Below, piece by piece: positions 1 through 10,662 of a DNA stretch of 64,000 nt. Position numbers and translations under genes: made by a program. This DNA is from Bacteroidota bacterium (GTDB lineage Bacteria; Bacteroidota; Bacteroidia; Flavobacteriales_F; PHOS-HE28). A model generated the notes under the pieces. It saw only the letters and a list, made by a program, of their open reading frames with translations. It did no database searches and was not told the DNA's origin. The stretch spans positions 3,002-67,001 of the forward strand of contig CAUJED010000135.1 in assembly GCA_963169535.1 (NCBI GenBank), read 5' to 3'. The first letter of the stretch is position 1. Each line of letters opens with the position of its first letter.

Positions 1-1
1 A

Positions 2-2614
2 CTCGTGACCAATTCAGCTCGTATCGGCGAAGCGAGTGGCGTTGAGCGCACATTGGATGGTGGAGCAACATGGACACTGATCGGTGATCATAGTGATTTC
101 GGTGGACCAGGCACCGCGCTGGGGGTGATCCACTTTGACCTCAAAGTGAATGTCCTGGGTCAACATCGACTATTCGTAGGCACTTCGACTGGACTCTACT
201 ACACCGACGACCCACTTAGCAATGATCCGATTTGGCAACTTGTTCCAATGCCTGCATCACTGAGCTCTATTAGTAGTGTATATCCCTCATTTCAAACGGA
301 TCGAACAGGCTGTGGCGACATAGCCTATCTGCCGACCACCACCGATCCATTGAACGCGAACATCCTTTGTGCCACCATTCGGTACATTGATGAGAATAAT
401 GGATCGAACCCGACGGTTGCCGTTTGGCGTTTCATGCTCTCAACCGACAATGGTTCGACCTGGATCGAATTACCTGGACAACCCTCACCCGTTAGCACGG
501 ACTATTCCTACACCGTTGAGACAACGAAGGCTTCCTCGAACGAGTTCTACCTGAATTTTCAGCGAAGCGTTGCGTCAACCTCCTTGATCCAGTCTTACGA
601 TGTGGTAAACGAGCAGTACACGAACCGGGCATCGAATTTCAACTCAGCCTTTGGCACTGGCCATGGATTCGGGATAGACCAGCACAATGCAGCGAGTTTG
701 ATGGTTTCATCTGGAACGAAGGCAAAGTGGTTCAGACCGGATGGGGGAACTAATAATTCGGTAATTAGTGGGCATGACGACGTTGAGGATATCGTTGGGC
801 ATCCGACCAATCCCGGTGAATTCTGGATAGCGAACCATGGTGGAGTTTCCGTCGTCAATACGAATGGTACGTCTACAAGTTGGACCGATATGAGTGATGG
901 TTTGGGGGTTGCAGAAGTAGAAGCACTGGCCACTTCACAGAACATCCCCGATTTTCTTGTGACCGGTCTATACCATGATGGCTCAAAGATCACTCGCACT
1001 CCATACCCGAATAATGGGAACCCATGGGACCCGGATTGGGAGTACTTATCCTGGGGCGATGGCACAAGGTGCCTTGTTGACCACAAAGATCCGAATCACG
1101 CTTACACGAGCAATCAGCTCGATGATTGGTACTTATTCAATAGTGCGACCTCTTCCTCCCAGAACACCTTTCAGGATGTTCCAAGTCCTTGGTTCCCCGA
1201 AGGGGACTTGAATCGAGGCGAACCTTCGACGGTTTATCGAACTGAGATAGTTGTCGTACCGAGTGAATGGGACCCCAACGGCGATGGTATCCCGACGACG
1301 TTCAACAACGAGGAGGTTGAAGTCAATCGGTCATTTGACCGGGGTACGACGCGCGAGATCATTTCCAACTTCGCATCAAACCCGGACCTGTATCGCCTTG
1401 CGCAAGGCAGTTCAAATCATGACAATGAACGTATCGATCAGATTGTCTCCTCCCCGGCCAATCCAGATCATCTATATGTCGCCTTCAAGGACTTCGACTA
1501 CAGGGTCCGCCTCTTCCGCACCACTATAGCTAATCATCCGAACCCCGAAGCTGTAAAGGCCTCCTGGCATGAGGTGCCCATACCGCGGCGCTATCGCGAT
1601 GGGCCACTTACAGGGATCGAATTCGATCCGAACAACGAGAACATCGTTTTCCTCTCCTACGGATCATCTACTGCGGATTTTGGGCCTGACTTTGGCAGCG
1701 AGATGGTCTATCGCATGGACTATGCCGACCTGAGCGTCTATCCCCCCGGTTCCTTCGATTGTGAGGGACTCCCCTGTGCGGACATCACCATGAACTTACC
1801 CCTGTGCTTTACCGAGCGCTTGAATCTCGCTTATGAGCAAGGGAGTGATGAAGGCTTGTACTTCGCAACTGAGTTCGGTGTGTACTTCACGAATAGGAAG
1901 CGTATCGCCGCCTACACTAGTGGGCTCGTCCAATCGCCTGACGATACAGAAAATTCCAGTGGTTGGGTCCGTGTTGGCGACGGCCTGCCCCATGTGCGCC
2001 CCAAGGGCTTGGAGATCAACTATTCCATCAATCAAGTCCGCGTAGGTATGTTCGGCCGTGGTGTCTGGCAACACGCCTTACACTGCCCGGAACTGGAAAG
2101 TAAGCACGAAACCAGCACCTATACGGAGGATGATTTCGTTGAGGTTCAAGCTATGATCACATCCGACGCTCAGGTCGCCACACCCCGCTCGGTCACATAC
2201 AGAGCCGGTGAGACAGTACGTTTGCTACCGGGTTTTCATGCGAACAGTGGTTCCCGATTCCACGCCTTCATTCATCCGTGTGATAGAACGGGGAACAGCT
2301 TTACTCCCAAAGCAAGGCTGACCGCCGGGATACAGGAAACACACATTAACCCTACACGTGCCAAAAGCGTAGCCACCTTGGCCGCATTCCCAAATCCCAC
2401 CACTGGGATTTTCACCTTGCAGATCCTAGGTCAGGATAAGGACTCAGAGGGCATGCACGTCGTCGATGTAATTGATGCCTTGGGCAACAAAGTAGCTCAA
2501 CGCGTATTTTCAGGTGCTTCCGGACCTGTTCACCTCGAGCTGTCCACCGGTGTTTATCTTTTACGTGACGTGACTTATCCGCGGGTACAACCTCTGCAGT
2601 TGATAATCCAGTAG
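2..2614 (+). CDS. Secreted BNR/Asp-box repeat protein with T9SS type-A C-terminal sorting domain (5-prime end probably outside the window)
   Basis: Track ORF 5..2614 starts at a GTG 4 nt from the window edge and the frame is open to nt 2, so it is likely truncated. Asp-box-like motifs are present (LDGGATW, STDNGSTW, SFDRGTT). The last ~80 aa (AAFPNPTTGIFTLQI...GVYLLRDV) resemble a Por/T9SS C-terminal domain. Confidence 0.7.
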   Translation, partial: LVTNSARIGEASGVERTLDGGATWTLIGDHSDFGGPGTALGVIHFDLKVNVLGQHRLFVGTSTGLYYTDDPLSNDPIWQLVPMPASLSSISSVYPSFQTDRTGCGDIAYLPTTTDPLNANILCATIRYIDENNGSNPTVAVWRFMLSTDNGSTWIELPGQPSPVSTDYSYTVETTKASSNEFYLNFQRSVASTSLIQSYDVVNEQYTNRASNFNSAFGTGHGFGIDQHNAASLMVSSGTKAKWFRPDGGTNNSVISGHDDVEDIVGHPTNPGEFWIANHGGVSVVNTNGTSTSWTDMSDGLGVAEVEALATSQNIPDFLVTGLYHDGSKITRTPYPNNGNPWDPDWEYLSWGDGTRCLVDHKDPNHAYTSNQLDDWYLFNSATSSSQNTFQDVPSPWFPEGDLNRGEPSTVYRTEIVVVPSEWDPNGDGIPTTFNNEEVEVNRSFDRGTTREIISNFASNPDLYRLAQGSSNHDNERIDQIVSSPANPDHLYVAFKDFDYRVRLFRTTIANHPNPEAVKASWHEVPIPRRYRDGPLTGIEFDPNNENIVFLSYGSSTADFGPDFGSEMVYRMDYADLSVYPPGSFDCEGLPCADITMNLPLCFTERLNLAYEQGSDEGLYFATEFGVYFTNRKRIAAYTSGLVQSPDDTENSSGWVRVGDGLPHVRPKGLEINYSINQVRVGMFGRGVWQHALHCPELESKHETSTYTEDDFVEVQAMITSDAQVATPRSVTYRAGETVRLLPGFHANSGSRFHAFIHPCDRTGNSFTPKARLTAGIQETHINPTRAKSVATLAAFPNPTTGIFTLQILGQDKDSEGMHVVDVIDALGNKVAQRVFSGASGPVHLELSTGVYLLRDVTYPRVQPLQLIIQ

Positions 2615-2618
2615 ACCC

Positions 2619-3542
2619 ATGTTCCATCCAGCATTTCCCTTGTTGCTTCTGCTCTCCCTTTGGAGCAACCTTGGCTGCGCTCAGTTCTTTCCTACGGAGC
2701 AAGCCGCTTGGTGCTTGCGACGAAACACGCCGGACGGAACCGATCAATACACTCTTGCCTTGGAGCCCACGCGGGACACCGTGATCCAAGGACTGACGTA
2801 CATGGTGATCGAGTATACATCTATTGGTACCCCGGTCATGGATCTCTGGCCCTTCTCGCGTTGTTACGTTCGCAATGACGATGAAGGTAGAGGTTATGCA
2901 CGCGTAGATGGCATGGATGTAGAGATGCTCATAGGCGACATCGATGCTCCCGTTGGCGCGATCGTACAGGACATTGCGACTGGTGACACGAATTGTGATT
3001 CGTCGTGGGAATACGGATCAGTCACCGACATGATCGTTGATTCGATCGTTGATCTGGAAGAGAACGGGATACAGGCTCGCAGGGTTTATGTACAGCCGCT
3101 CTGTTACCCCAACTTTTCACCAAGCACCTCATTCTGGCAGGCCGACATGGGCACACCTTTTGGTCCCTTCCTTATGCTCAATGGTTTGTCCATGCCAAGC
3201 CCAGTTTGTGCTGCGGTAGATGACACTACGCGCTTTCGGCTTTTTGAAGAACTACAGTTAGGTGGCCCTTTGTGTTCTTGTTACGATCTCGAGCTAGGGT
3301 CCGGAACGATCCATCGCATGACGGTAGTGGATCTTTGGCCCAACCCATCACTTGGTTTGTTCCACCTACCAGCCACCCAACACGAGCCACTGACCGTATT
3401 GGACATCCATGGCCGCGAAGTACTTCACCTACCGCCTTACAGCCGCGAGATCGATCTGTCCTTGCAGCCACCTGGTATCTACACCGTCCTACAGAAGACC
3501 GGTCGAGGCCGAAGTGTGCAGCGGTTGGTGGTGGTACGTTGA
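2619..3542 (+). CDS. Hypothetical secreted protein with T9SS type-A C-terminal sorting domain
   Basis: Signal-like N-terminus MFHPAFPLLLLLSLWSNLGCAQ. The C-terminus (LWPNPSLGLFHL...PPGIYTVLQ) resembles a T9SS CTD. No other domain recognised. Lies 4 nt after the upstream gene. Confidence 0.6.
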   Translation: MFHPAFPLLLLLSLWSNLGCAQFFPTEQAAWCLRRNTPDGTDQYTLALEPTRDTVIQGLTYMVIEYTSIGTPVMDLWPFSRCYVRNDDEGRGYARVDGMDVEMLIGDIDAPVGAIVQDIATGDTNCDSSWEYGSVTDMIVDSIVDLEENGIQARRVYVQPLCYPNFSPSTSFWQADMGTPFGPFLMLNGLSMPSPVCAAVDDTTRFRLFEELQLGGPLCSCYDLELGSGTIHRMTVVDLWPNPSLGLFHLPATQHEPLTVLDIHGREVLHLPPYSREIDLSLQPPGIYTVLQKTGRGRSVQRLVVVR

Positions 3543-3544
3543 GC

Positions 3545-5977
3545 ATGGTACAGCTCGTCGCGTTCTTTAGACGAGTGTTTCTGGTGTTTTCTTTGCTGGT
3601 CAGTTCAGTCGTGTGTGCGCAAAGCCTTGTGGTAGTAGATGAGCGGAGTCTCCAACCGCTTGAAGGTGTGCTTCTATTTCATACTGGTACCGGCACTGTA
3701 GTATACACCGATGCGCGAGGCAGGGGGGCGCTAAGCCCATTCCTCTCACTCGATTCTATCCAGATATCCCAGCTCGGATATCACACATCCCGCCATTCCG
3801 TTCGTCAGTTAGTTGAATTCACAGCGCAGGTTGCCTTAGTTCCCAAGGCATTCACGCTTGGCGAGTTCGTGGTGAGTGTCCACCGTTGGGAACAGGAAGG
3901 CGACCGGCTAGCTGAGCATATAACCGTGATCCGAAGAAGGGATATAGCTCATTTGAACCCAGGCACTTCGGCGGATATCTTAGAGCAAAGTGGTGAGGTA
4001 TTCGTTCAACGCAGCCAACTGGGTGGTGGCAGCCCCATGTTGCGCGGTTTCGCGGCGAATCGGGTTCTTATCGTAGTGGATGGCGTACGGATGAACAATG
4101 CGATCTACCGTAGTGGCAATCTCCAGAACGTGATCAGCCTGGACCCCGAGGCCGTGGAGCGTGCCGAGGTCTTACATGGGCCGGGGGGCATGACATATGG
4201 TAGTGACGCCATCGGCGGTGTGATGGACTTTCATTTGCTGCGACCAAGGTTCGCCAGCGATACCACTTTGCTGCTACACGGTGGTGCCACTGCACGTTTC
4301 GCCAGCGCCGCAGATGCACTTACAGGCCACCTCCACCTTGGGCTGGGGAGTAAGAAGCTTGCGTTCATCGGGAGTGTGAGCCTATACCGCTTCGGTGACC
4401 TCCGTACAGGTAGCCATGGTCCGAAAGATTATTTGCGTCCATGGTACGTGGGCAATGTTTACGGTCGTGACAGTGTACTTGTGAACAATGACCAGCGGCT
4501 GCAACGCGATAGCGGGTACGATGCACGGATGGCGTTCGCGAAGCTCGCATACCGACCAAGTTTACACGTAGAGCTGGGGATTAATGCTTACCAAAGTGGC
4601 ACATCGGACATTCCGCGATACGATAGACTGATCGAAGTAAGACCCAATGGACAACCCCGTAGTGCAGTGTGGTACTATGGTCCTCAGGTCTGGCGGATGG
4701 TAAGTGCATACGTGCGGCACGAAGCTGTGAGTGGGGCATGGAGCAAAGCACACTTGTCCATCGCACACCAGGACTATTCGGAAAGTCGTGTCGATCGTAG
4801 CTACCGCAGTAGTAGCGAACGCGACCAGCGTGACCGGGTAACGGGCATATGGGGCAACCTTGATCTCGAGAAGGATCTGAGTGGTCGCACCCAACTCCAG
4901 TATGGTGCAGAGTACATCACCAACTTGGTCCGTTCCATTGGCACCAATAGGGACCTCAACACGGGTTTGGAAGGGAACTTCAACTCCCGCTACCCCGATG
5001 GCTCCACCTGGAACACGAGGTCGATCTACGCGGGAACCCTTCATGACATCACTGAGCGCCTTACTCTTTCCGTCGGCATACGTGGTAGTAGCACCGCGCT
5101 CAGTTGCTCGTTCGATACGACATTATTTTCCTATCCGGCAACGGCCGCCAACCTTCGTAACAATGCATTGACCGGGAATCTGGGTTTGGCCTATCGACCG
5201 GACTCCACCTGGAAAATATCCTTGGATATGAGCACGGGTTTCCGCGCTCCCAACGTGGACGACATCGGCAAGGTGTTCGACAGCGAGCCGGGCGCGGTGA
5301 TCGTGCCCAACCCCGGCCTCGTGCCGGAATACGCCTACTCCGGTGAAATTGGCATCGGCAAAGTGTTTGGCGATCGCGCCCGGCTTCGAGGTGTTGCGTT
5401 CATGGTCTTACTGGACCAAGCCATGGTGCGTCGACCATTCACATTGAACGGACAGGACAGTATCCTGTATGGCGGAGAGTCTAGCCGCGTGGATGCGATC
5501 GTGAATGCCGCACAAGCCACAGTTCATGGCGTTAATGTGACAGCCGATGTTCTGCTGACTGAAGATCTGAGACTTGATGTGCACTACAACTGGCAACGAG
5601 GCGTAGAGCAAGATGATCTCACGACCGTGAACGTGCCTTTGCGTCATGCCCCGCCACCATTCGGTCGTGCAGGCATCACCTGGGAGCGCAAGGCGTGGCG
5701 AATTTCGACCTCCTTCCGGTTCAGTGATGGATTCACATACGAAGAGTTACCGCCAACGGAGCAAGGCAAACCAGCCCTCTATGCCAGGGACCCACAAGGT
5801 AGACCGCATGCCCCAGCGTGGTATACCATCGATACGATGGCGACTTATCGCATTACGGCAAGCATTCAAGTGAACGCAGGCTTGGAAAACATCGCCGATC
5901 ATCGGTACCGTCCATACTCTTCTGGCATCAGCGCTCCTGGCCGGAATGTGATGGTCGCCTTACGAGCCACGTTCTGA
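3545..5977 (+). CDS. TonB-dependent receptor (start trimmed to ATG 3545)
   Basis: Signal peptide MVQLVAFFRRVFLVFSLLVSSVVCAQS begins at ATG 3545; the track start at 3272 would overlap the upstream gene. Plug-domain motifs are present (GGGSPMLRGFAANRVLIVVDGVRMNN, YGSDAIGGVMDF). Long barrel region ending in a terminal Phe (LRATF). Confidence 0.9.
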   Translation: MVQLVAFFRRVFLVFSLLVSSVVCAQSLVVVDERSLQPLEGVLLFHTGTGTVVYTDARGRGALSPFLSLDSIQISQLGYHTSRHSVRQLVEFTAQVALVPKAFTLGEFVVSVHRWEQEGDRLAEHITVIRRRDIAHLNPGTSADILEQSGEVFVQRSQLGGGSPMLRGFAANRVLIVVDGVRMNNAIYRSGNLQNVISLDPEAVERAEVLHGPGGMTYGSDAIGGVMDFHLLRPRFASDTTLLLHGGATARFASAADALTGHLHLGLGSKKLAFIGSVSLYRFGDLRTGSHGPKDYLRPWYVGNVYGRDSVLVNNDQRLQRDSGYDARMAFAKLAYRPSLHVELGINAYQSGTSDIPRYDRLIEVRPNGQPRSAVWYYGPQVWRMVSAYVRHEAVSGAWSKAHLSIAHQDYSESRVDRSYRSSSERDQRDRVTGIWGNLDLEKDLSGRTQLQYGAEYITNLVRSIGTNRDLNTGLEGNFNSRYPDGSTWNTRSIYAGTLHDITERLTLSVGIRGSSTALSCSFDTTLFSYPATAANLRNNALTGNLGLAYRPDSTWKISLDMSTGFRAPNVDDIGKVFDSEPGAVIVPNPGLVPEYAYSGEIGIGKVFGDRARLRGVAFMVLLDQAMVRRPFTLNGQDSILYGGESSRVDAIVNAAQATVHGVNVTADVLLTEDLRLDVHYNWQRGVEQDDLTTVNVPLRHAPPPFGRAGITWERKAWRISTSFRFSDGFTYEELPPTEQGKPALYARDPQGRPHAPAWYTIDTMATYRITASIQVNAGLENIADHRYRPYSSGISAPGRNVMVALRATF

Positions 5978-6035
5978 AGTCCGGATCACCGTTGCTGGGT
6001 GTTTTCGTTGCGTGGTCGACATCATGTCGAACGTT

Positions 6036-7004
6036 TCATATTCGCCGATAACTTGCCTGTCGTTTCGTCCCGTTCAGCACCAGGATCCTACCCTCCACCG
6101 CCTCCGCCAAGTCTCTACTCGCCGTAGCCGTGCTCAGTTCGGGGAACATGTTGAGGTAGTCCTTCCGGCGGAAGGAGCGGTCGGGGCCCTGTTTCAGGAA
6201 GAGGGCCACGCGATCGGCTCCAGTGAGCACCGGGTTGGGCGCGGCGAGTAGCTCGGCCAGGGCCTCGTCGATGCGCTCCAGCAGGTAGTTGATGAATTCC
6301 CCGCAATCTCCCCGGCGGTCCGCATACTCCAAAGCGGCGTAGTAGGCGGGCTGGGTGCGTTGGATGAAGGCCTCGACAGGCAGGTAGGAGAACACGGGCC
6401 AGTAGCGCATCAACATCCGTTTCTGCCAGAGCCGTGCCAGGCGGCCGGTGCCCGCAGTGAAGGGGCGCAGGTAGACCAGGCCGAAGTGGAGCACGCAACT
6501 GGTGATCAGGGGTGGGAAGTCATCTTCTTCCACGTAGCGCAGGAGGTCGTGCACGTTGGCGGGCAGGTCGTGGGCGCTAGCGGTCCGCAGGGGTTCCGGA
6601 TCGCCGTAGAGCACGTCCATGGGCCCGGTACGGAAGTGGCCGGCGTCCAGCGCCAGGCCGTGCATCAATACCCCGTGGGCATGGCGCAGGTCGCGTTCAA
6701 GGAAGGGGTCGAGGTCTTCGCTCAGACCGTAGGCGCGATGGGTGTTCACGGCCTCCAGCGCCGAGGTGCCTTTGGCGGCGGAGCCGGGTTCGTTCAGGAT
6801 ATCGGCCACGGGCAAGGCGTCCAGGGTACCGCCCTCGATGGCCAAGGTGCTGTGTACCGTGCTCACATGGTAGGCTTTCTCCAGGTCCACTGGCGGGCGG
6901 TGGAGGTGCCGGGCATGTACTTCGCCCAACCGGTGATGGAGGGTGGCCAGCCGGTTCAGCATGCGGGGGCTTATGGAGTAGTAAGTGATGCTTCCCAGGT
7001 CCAT
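6036..7004 (-). CDS. Fic/Fido-family protein with degenerate active-site motif
   Basis: Overall Fic layout. N-terminal inhibitory-type motif TLAIEG matches (S/T)xxxE(G/N). The core loop reads RPFTAGTGRLAR where HxFx(D/E)GNGRxxR is expected. C-terminal tail looks HTH-like (RRKDYLNMFPELSTATASRDLAEAV). Confidence 0.8.
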   Translation of the reverse strand: MDLGSITYYSISPRMLNRLATLHHRLGEVHARHLHRPPVDLEKAYHVSTVHSTLAIEGGTLDALPVADILNEPGSAAKGTSALEAVNTHRAYGLSEDLDPFLERDLRHAHGVLMHGLALDAGHFRTGPMDVLYGDPEPLRTASAHDLPANVHDLLRYVEEDDFPPLITSCVLHFGLVYLRPFTAGTGRLARLWQKRMLMRYWPVFSYLPVEAFIQRTQPAYYAALEYADRRGDCGEFINYLLERIDEALAELLAAPNPVLTGADRVALFLKQGPDRSFRRKDYLNMFPELSTATASRDLAEAVEGRILVLNGTKRQASYRRI

Positions 7005-7026
7005 TTATAGTATCAAATGATGCTAA

Positions 7027-7034
7027 CAAAAGTA
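7027..7034 (-). promoter_or_regulatory. Candidate Bacteroidota -7 promoter box TACTTTTG upstream of the Fic gene
   Basis: Plus-strand CAAAAGTA equals minus-strand TACTTTTG, matching TAnnTTTG, 23 nt upstream of the ATG at 7004. Confidence 0.35.
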
Positions 7035-7220
7035 GATCATGGATTGATGCGATGGCGTGCATGGGTGCGCTGAAAGGCCGATCCCATCGGGGATGTCGGT
7101 CGTGGGAGTGCTTCACATGGGCTTGGATCGCAGGGTTTTAGGCTGGTGTGTGATGCGACCCCGGATCCCGCGCGGCTTTGGAGGAGGTACCCCCGTGCCG
7201 GAAATTTCCATGAACACCAG

Positions 7221-7250
7221 TTGGTTGGAAACAGAAAACCGCTACATTTG
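7221..7250 (+). promoter_or_regulatory. Candidate promoter of the ribosomal superoperon (TTG ... TACATTTG)
   Basis: TACATTTG (7243..7250) matches the Bacteroidota -7 consensus TAnnTTTG. TTG elements lie at 7221..7227, upstream at about the expected spacing. The box is 58 nt upstream of the rpsL ATG. Confidence 0.4.
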
Positions 7251-7308
7251 CAGCCCGTTTTTAGCCGAGGAATGGCTAAAGACGCTGAAAGCCAACCGAA
7301 AGGAGCTC

Positions 7309-7707
7309 ATGCCAACCATTCAACAGCTCATCCGCAAGGGTCGCGAGAACCCTGTGTACAAGAGCAAGTCCATTGCCCTGAAGTCCTGCCCGCAGCGCCG
7401 CGGCGTGTGCACCAAGGTGTACACCACCACCCCGAAGAAGCCGAACTCGGCCCTTCGTAAGGTGGCCAAGGTGCGTTTGGTGAACGGCTACGAGGTGATC
7501 GCCTACATCGGCGGTGAGGGTCACAACCTGCAGGAACACAGCATCGTGCTCGTTCGCGGTGGTCGTGTGAAGGACCTGCCCGGTGTGAAGTACCACATCG
7601 TACGTGGCGTTCTGGATACTTCGGGTGTCGAAGGTCGCAACCAGCGTCGCAGCAAGTACGGCACCAAGCGTCCGAAGCCCGGAGCAGCTCCCGCCAAGAA
7701 GAAGTAA
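7309..7707 (+). CDS. rpsL: 30S ribosomal protein uS12
   Basis: Track ORF 7057..7707 trimmed to ATG 7309, where the conserved N-terminus [13 protein letters not shown] begins. [16 protein letters not shown] motif present. Confidence 0.97.
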   Translation: MPTIQQLIRKGRENPVYKSKSIALKSCPQRRGVCTKVYTTTPKKPNSALRKVAKVRLVNGYEVIAYIGGEGHNLQEHSIVLVRGGRVKDLPGVKYHIVRGVLDTSGVEGRNQRRSKYGTKRPKPGAAPAKKK

Positions 7708-7727
7708 CCTGTCATTGAACAGCAGCC

Positions 7728-8192
7728 ATGCGCAAGAAGACAGTAAAGCACACGATCCTGCCGGACCCCAAGTTCGGTGATGTGCAAGTGACCAAGTTCG
7801 TGAACAACCTGATGTACGACGGTAAGAAGAGCAAGTCCCTGGACATCTTCTACAACGCCATCGACATCGTTGCCGAGAAGAGCGGAGAGGACGGTCTGGA
7901 GATCTTCCGCAAAGCCCTGACCAACGTGACCCCGCAGGTGGAGGTACGCAGCCGCCGGGTAGGTGGTGCCAACTTCCAGATCCCGCAGGCGGTACGCGAG
8001 GATCGCAAGAAGAGCCTGGCCATGAAGTGGCTGATCGGCTACGCCCGCAACCGCAACGAACGGAGCATGGCGAGCAAGCTGGCCAACGAGATCCTCGCCG
8101 CTTCCAAGGAAGAAGGTGCAGCGTTCAAGAAGAAGGAGGAGGTCCACAAGATGGCCGAAGCCAACAAAGCGTTCAGCCACTTCCGTTTCTAA
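7728..8192 (+). CDS. rpsG: 30S ribosomal protein uS7
   Basis: 154 aa, [29 protein letters not shown]...; follows rpsL. Confidence 0.97.
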   Translation: MRKKTVKHTILPDPKFGDVQVTKFVNNLMYDGKKSKSLDIFYNAIDIVAEKSGEDGLEIFRKALTNVTPQVEVRSRRVGGANFQIPQAVREDRKKSLAMKWLIGYARNRNERSMASKLANEILAASKEEGAAFKKKEEVHKMAEANKAFSHFRF

Positions 8193-8216
8193 GCAGTCAA
8201 CAGGTAGAGCACACAC

Positions 8217-10322
8217 ATGGCCCGCGACCTCAGATATACGCGCAACATCGGCATCATGGCGCACATCGATGCCGGCAAGACCACCACGTCGGAGCGCATC
8301 CTGTTCTACACCGGCTTGACGCACAAGATCGGTGAGGTGCACGATGGTGCCGCCACCATGGACTGGATGGAGCAGGAGCAGGAGCGTGGCATCACCATCA
8401 CCTCCGCAGCCACCACCACCAGCTGGAAGTACCGCGACAACACCTACAAGATCAACCTGATCGACACCCCGGGCCACGTGGACTTCACCGTGGAGGTGGA
8501 GCGCAGCCTGCGCGTGTTGGATGGTGCGGTCGCCTTGTTCTGCGCCGTGGGTGGTGTGGAACCCCAGAGCGAGACCGTATGGCGCCAGGCCAACAAGTAC
8601 AAGGTGCCCCGCATCGGCTTCGTCAACAAGATGGACCGCAGCGGTGCCGACTTCTTCAACGTGGTGAAGCAGATCCGCGAGCGGCTGGGCGCCAACCCGA
8701 TCCCCCTGCAGGTGCCCATCGGCGCCGAGGCGGACTTCAAGGGCGTGGTGGACCTGGTGAACAACCGCGGCATGGTGTGGAACGAGCACGACCAGGGCAT
8801 GACCTGGACCGAAGTGCCCATTCCGGCCGACCTGAAGGAGACCGTGGAGGAGTGGCGCGCCAAGCTCATCGAGGCCGTGGCCGAGAGCGACGATACCTTG
8901 ATGGAGAAGTTCTTCAATGATCCGGACTCCCTGACGGAGGCCGAGATCATGAACGCCATCCGCAAGAGCACCATCAGCATGAGCATCACGCCCGTGCTGT
9001 GCGGCAGCTCCTTCAAGAACAAGGGGGTGCAGACCATGCTCGATGCGGTGATGGCCTACCTGCCCAGTCCGATGGACATCGAGGCGGTGATCGGTACCAA
9101 CCCCGACACGGGCGAGGAGATCTCGCGCAAACCCGATGCCAAGGAGCCGATGGCCAGCCTGGCGTTCAAGATCGCGACCGATCCCTACGTGGGTCGCCTC
9201 GCCTTCTTCCGCTGCTACAGCGGTGCGGTACCGGCCGGCAGCTACGTGAAGAACATGCGCAGCGGCAACAAGGAGCGCATCAGCCGGATCTTCCAGATGC
9301 ACTCCAACAAACAGAACCCCGTGGAGGTGATCGAAGCGGGCGACATCGGAGCTGCCGTTGGGTTCAAGGACATCCGCACCGGCGACACGCTGTGCGACGA
9401 GAACAACCCGATCGTGCTGGAGAGCATGAGCTTCCCCGAGCCGGTGATCGGTATCGCCATCGAACCCAAGACCCAGGCCGACCTGGACAAGATGGGCAAT
9501 GCCTTGGCGAAGCTCGCCGAGGAGGATCCCACCTTCAAGGTGCACACCGATGAGGAGACCGGCCAGACCGTGATCAGCGGTATGGGCGAATTGCACCTGG
9601 AGATCCTCGTGGACCGCATGAAGCGCGAGTTCAAGGTGGAGTGCAACCAAGGTGCTCCCCAGGTGAAGTACAAGGAGGCCATCACCGGCACGGTGGAACA
9701 CCGCGAGCTGTACAAGAAGCAGACGGGTGGTCGTGGTAAGTTCGCCGACATCCACGTGCGCATCGAGCCGCAGACCGACAACGAGAAGGTCGGGCTGGAG
9801 TTCATCGACGAGATCAAGGGTGGCTCCATCCCGAAGGAATTCATCGGGCCCGTACAGAAGGGCTTCGAGGCTTCGTTGAAGAATGGCGTGCTCGCAGGCT
9901 TCCCGATGGAGAGCCTGAAGGTGACCCTTTACGACGGCTCGTTCCACAACGTGGACTCCGATGCGTTGAGCTTCGAGATCTGCGCCAAGGCCGCCTTCCG
10001 TACCGCCGTGCCCAAGTGCAAGCCGGTGCTGATGGAGCCGATCATGAAGATCGAGGTGATCACCCCCGAAGAGAACATGGGCGATATCGTTGGCGACCTC
10101 AACCGTCGGCGCGGTACCATCCTGGGCATGGAGGATCGTAGCGGAGCCAAGGCGATCAAAGGCACCGTGCCCTTGAGCGAGATGTTCGGATACGTGACCT
10201 CGCTGCGCACGCTCTCCAGCGGCCGCGCCAGCAGCACCATGGAGTTCAGTCATTACGTTCCCGCCCCCAACAACGTGACCGAAGCCGTATTGGCCAAGGT
10301 ACGTGGCAAAGTTTCAGCATAA
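8217..10322 (+). CDS. fusA: Elongation factor G
   Basis: 701 aa with GTPase motifs AHIDAGKTT and DTPGHVDF. Position between rpsG and rpsJ. Confidence 0.98.
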   Translation: MARDLRYTRNIGIMAHIDAGKTTTSERILFYTGLTHKIGEVHDGAATMDWMEQEQERGITITSAATTTSWKYRDNTYKINLIDTPGHVDFTVEVERSLRVLDGAVALFCAVGGVEPQSETVWRQANKYKVPRIGFVNKMDRSGADFFNVVKQIRERLGANPIPLQVPIGAEADFKGVVDLVNNRGMVWNEHDQGMTWTEVPIPADLKETVEEWRAKLIEAVAESDDTLMEKFFNDPDSLTEAEIMNAIRKSTISMSITPVLCGSSFKNKGVQTMLDAVMAYLPSPMDIEAVIGTNPDTGEEISRKPDAKEPMASLAFKIATDPYVGRLAFFRCYSGAVPAGSYVKNMRSGNKERISRIFQMHSNKQNPVEVIEAGDIGAAVGFKDIRTGDTLCDENNPIVLESMSFPEPVIGIAIEPKTQADLDKMGNALAKLAEEDPTFKVHTDEETGQTVISGMGELHLEILVDRMKREFKVECNQGAPQVKYKEAITGTVEHRELYKKQTGGRGKFADIHVRIEPQTDNEKVGLEFIDEIKGGSIPKEFIGPVQKGFEASLKNGVLAGFPMESLKVTLYDGSFHNVDSDALSFEICAKAAFRTAVPKCKPVLMEPIMKIEVITPEENMGDIVGDLNRRRGTILGMEDRSGAKAIKGTVPLSEMFGYVTSLRTLSSGRASSTMEFSHYVPAPNNVTEAVLAKVRGKVSA

Positions 10323-10337
10323 CCCCGCAAGAAAGCG

Positions 10338-10643
10338 ATGACCCAAAAGATCAGGATCAAGCTGCGGTCGTACGATCACAACCTCGTCGACAAGAGCGCC
10401 GAGAAGATCGTAAAGACGGTGAAGAGCACGGGCGCTGTGGTCAGTGGACCCATTCCGCTGCCCACGCACAAGCGCATGTTCACGGTGCTCCGCTCGCCGC
10501 ACGTCAACAAGAAGGCGCGCGAGCAGTTCCAACTGTGCAGTTACAAACGCATGATGGACATCTACAGCTCGTCCTCCAAGACGATCGATGCCCTGATGAA
10601 GCTCGAACTCCCGAGCGGCGTGGATGTGGAGATCAAAGTCTGA
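10338..10643 (+). CDS. rpsJ: 30S ribosomal protein uS10
   Basis: 101 aa, [16 protein letters not shown]...; first gene of the S10 block. Confidence 0.97.
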   Translation: MTQKIRIKLRSYDHNLVDKSAEKIVKTVKSTGAVVSGPIPLPTHKRMFTVLRSPHVNKKAREQFQLCSYKRMMDIYSSSSKTIDALMKLELPSGVDVEIKV

Positions 10644-10662
10644 CCGATAGCACCACACAGCC

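Noticed and set aside
3272-3544. Upstream extension of the TonB-dependent receptor ORF
   Set aside because: It overlaps the upstream T9SS-cargo gene in another frame, and the signal peptide begins at ATG 3545.
6016-6030. Palindrome TCGACAT-C-ATGTCGA between the TonB-dependent receptor and the Fic gene
   Set aside because: It is short with a 1-nt centre, so it cannot form a useful hairpin. As a single occurrence it gives insufficient evidence for a binding site.
7521-10253. 910-aa ORF antisense to rpsL-rpsG-fusA
   Set aside because: It lies opposite unmistakable conserved genes, and its translation is low-complexity (Ala/Gly/His/Leu/Arg-rich) with no motifs. This is a typical high-GC shadow ORF.
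10323-10337. Absence of tuf between fusA and rpsJ as a possible deletion
   Set aside because: In Bacteroidota, tuf is normally located elsewhere (with secE-nusG), so this gene order is expected.
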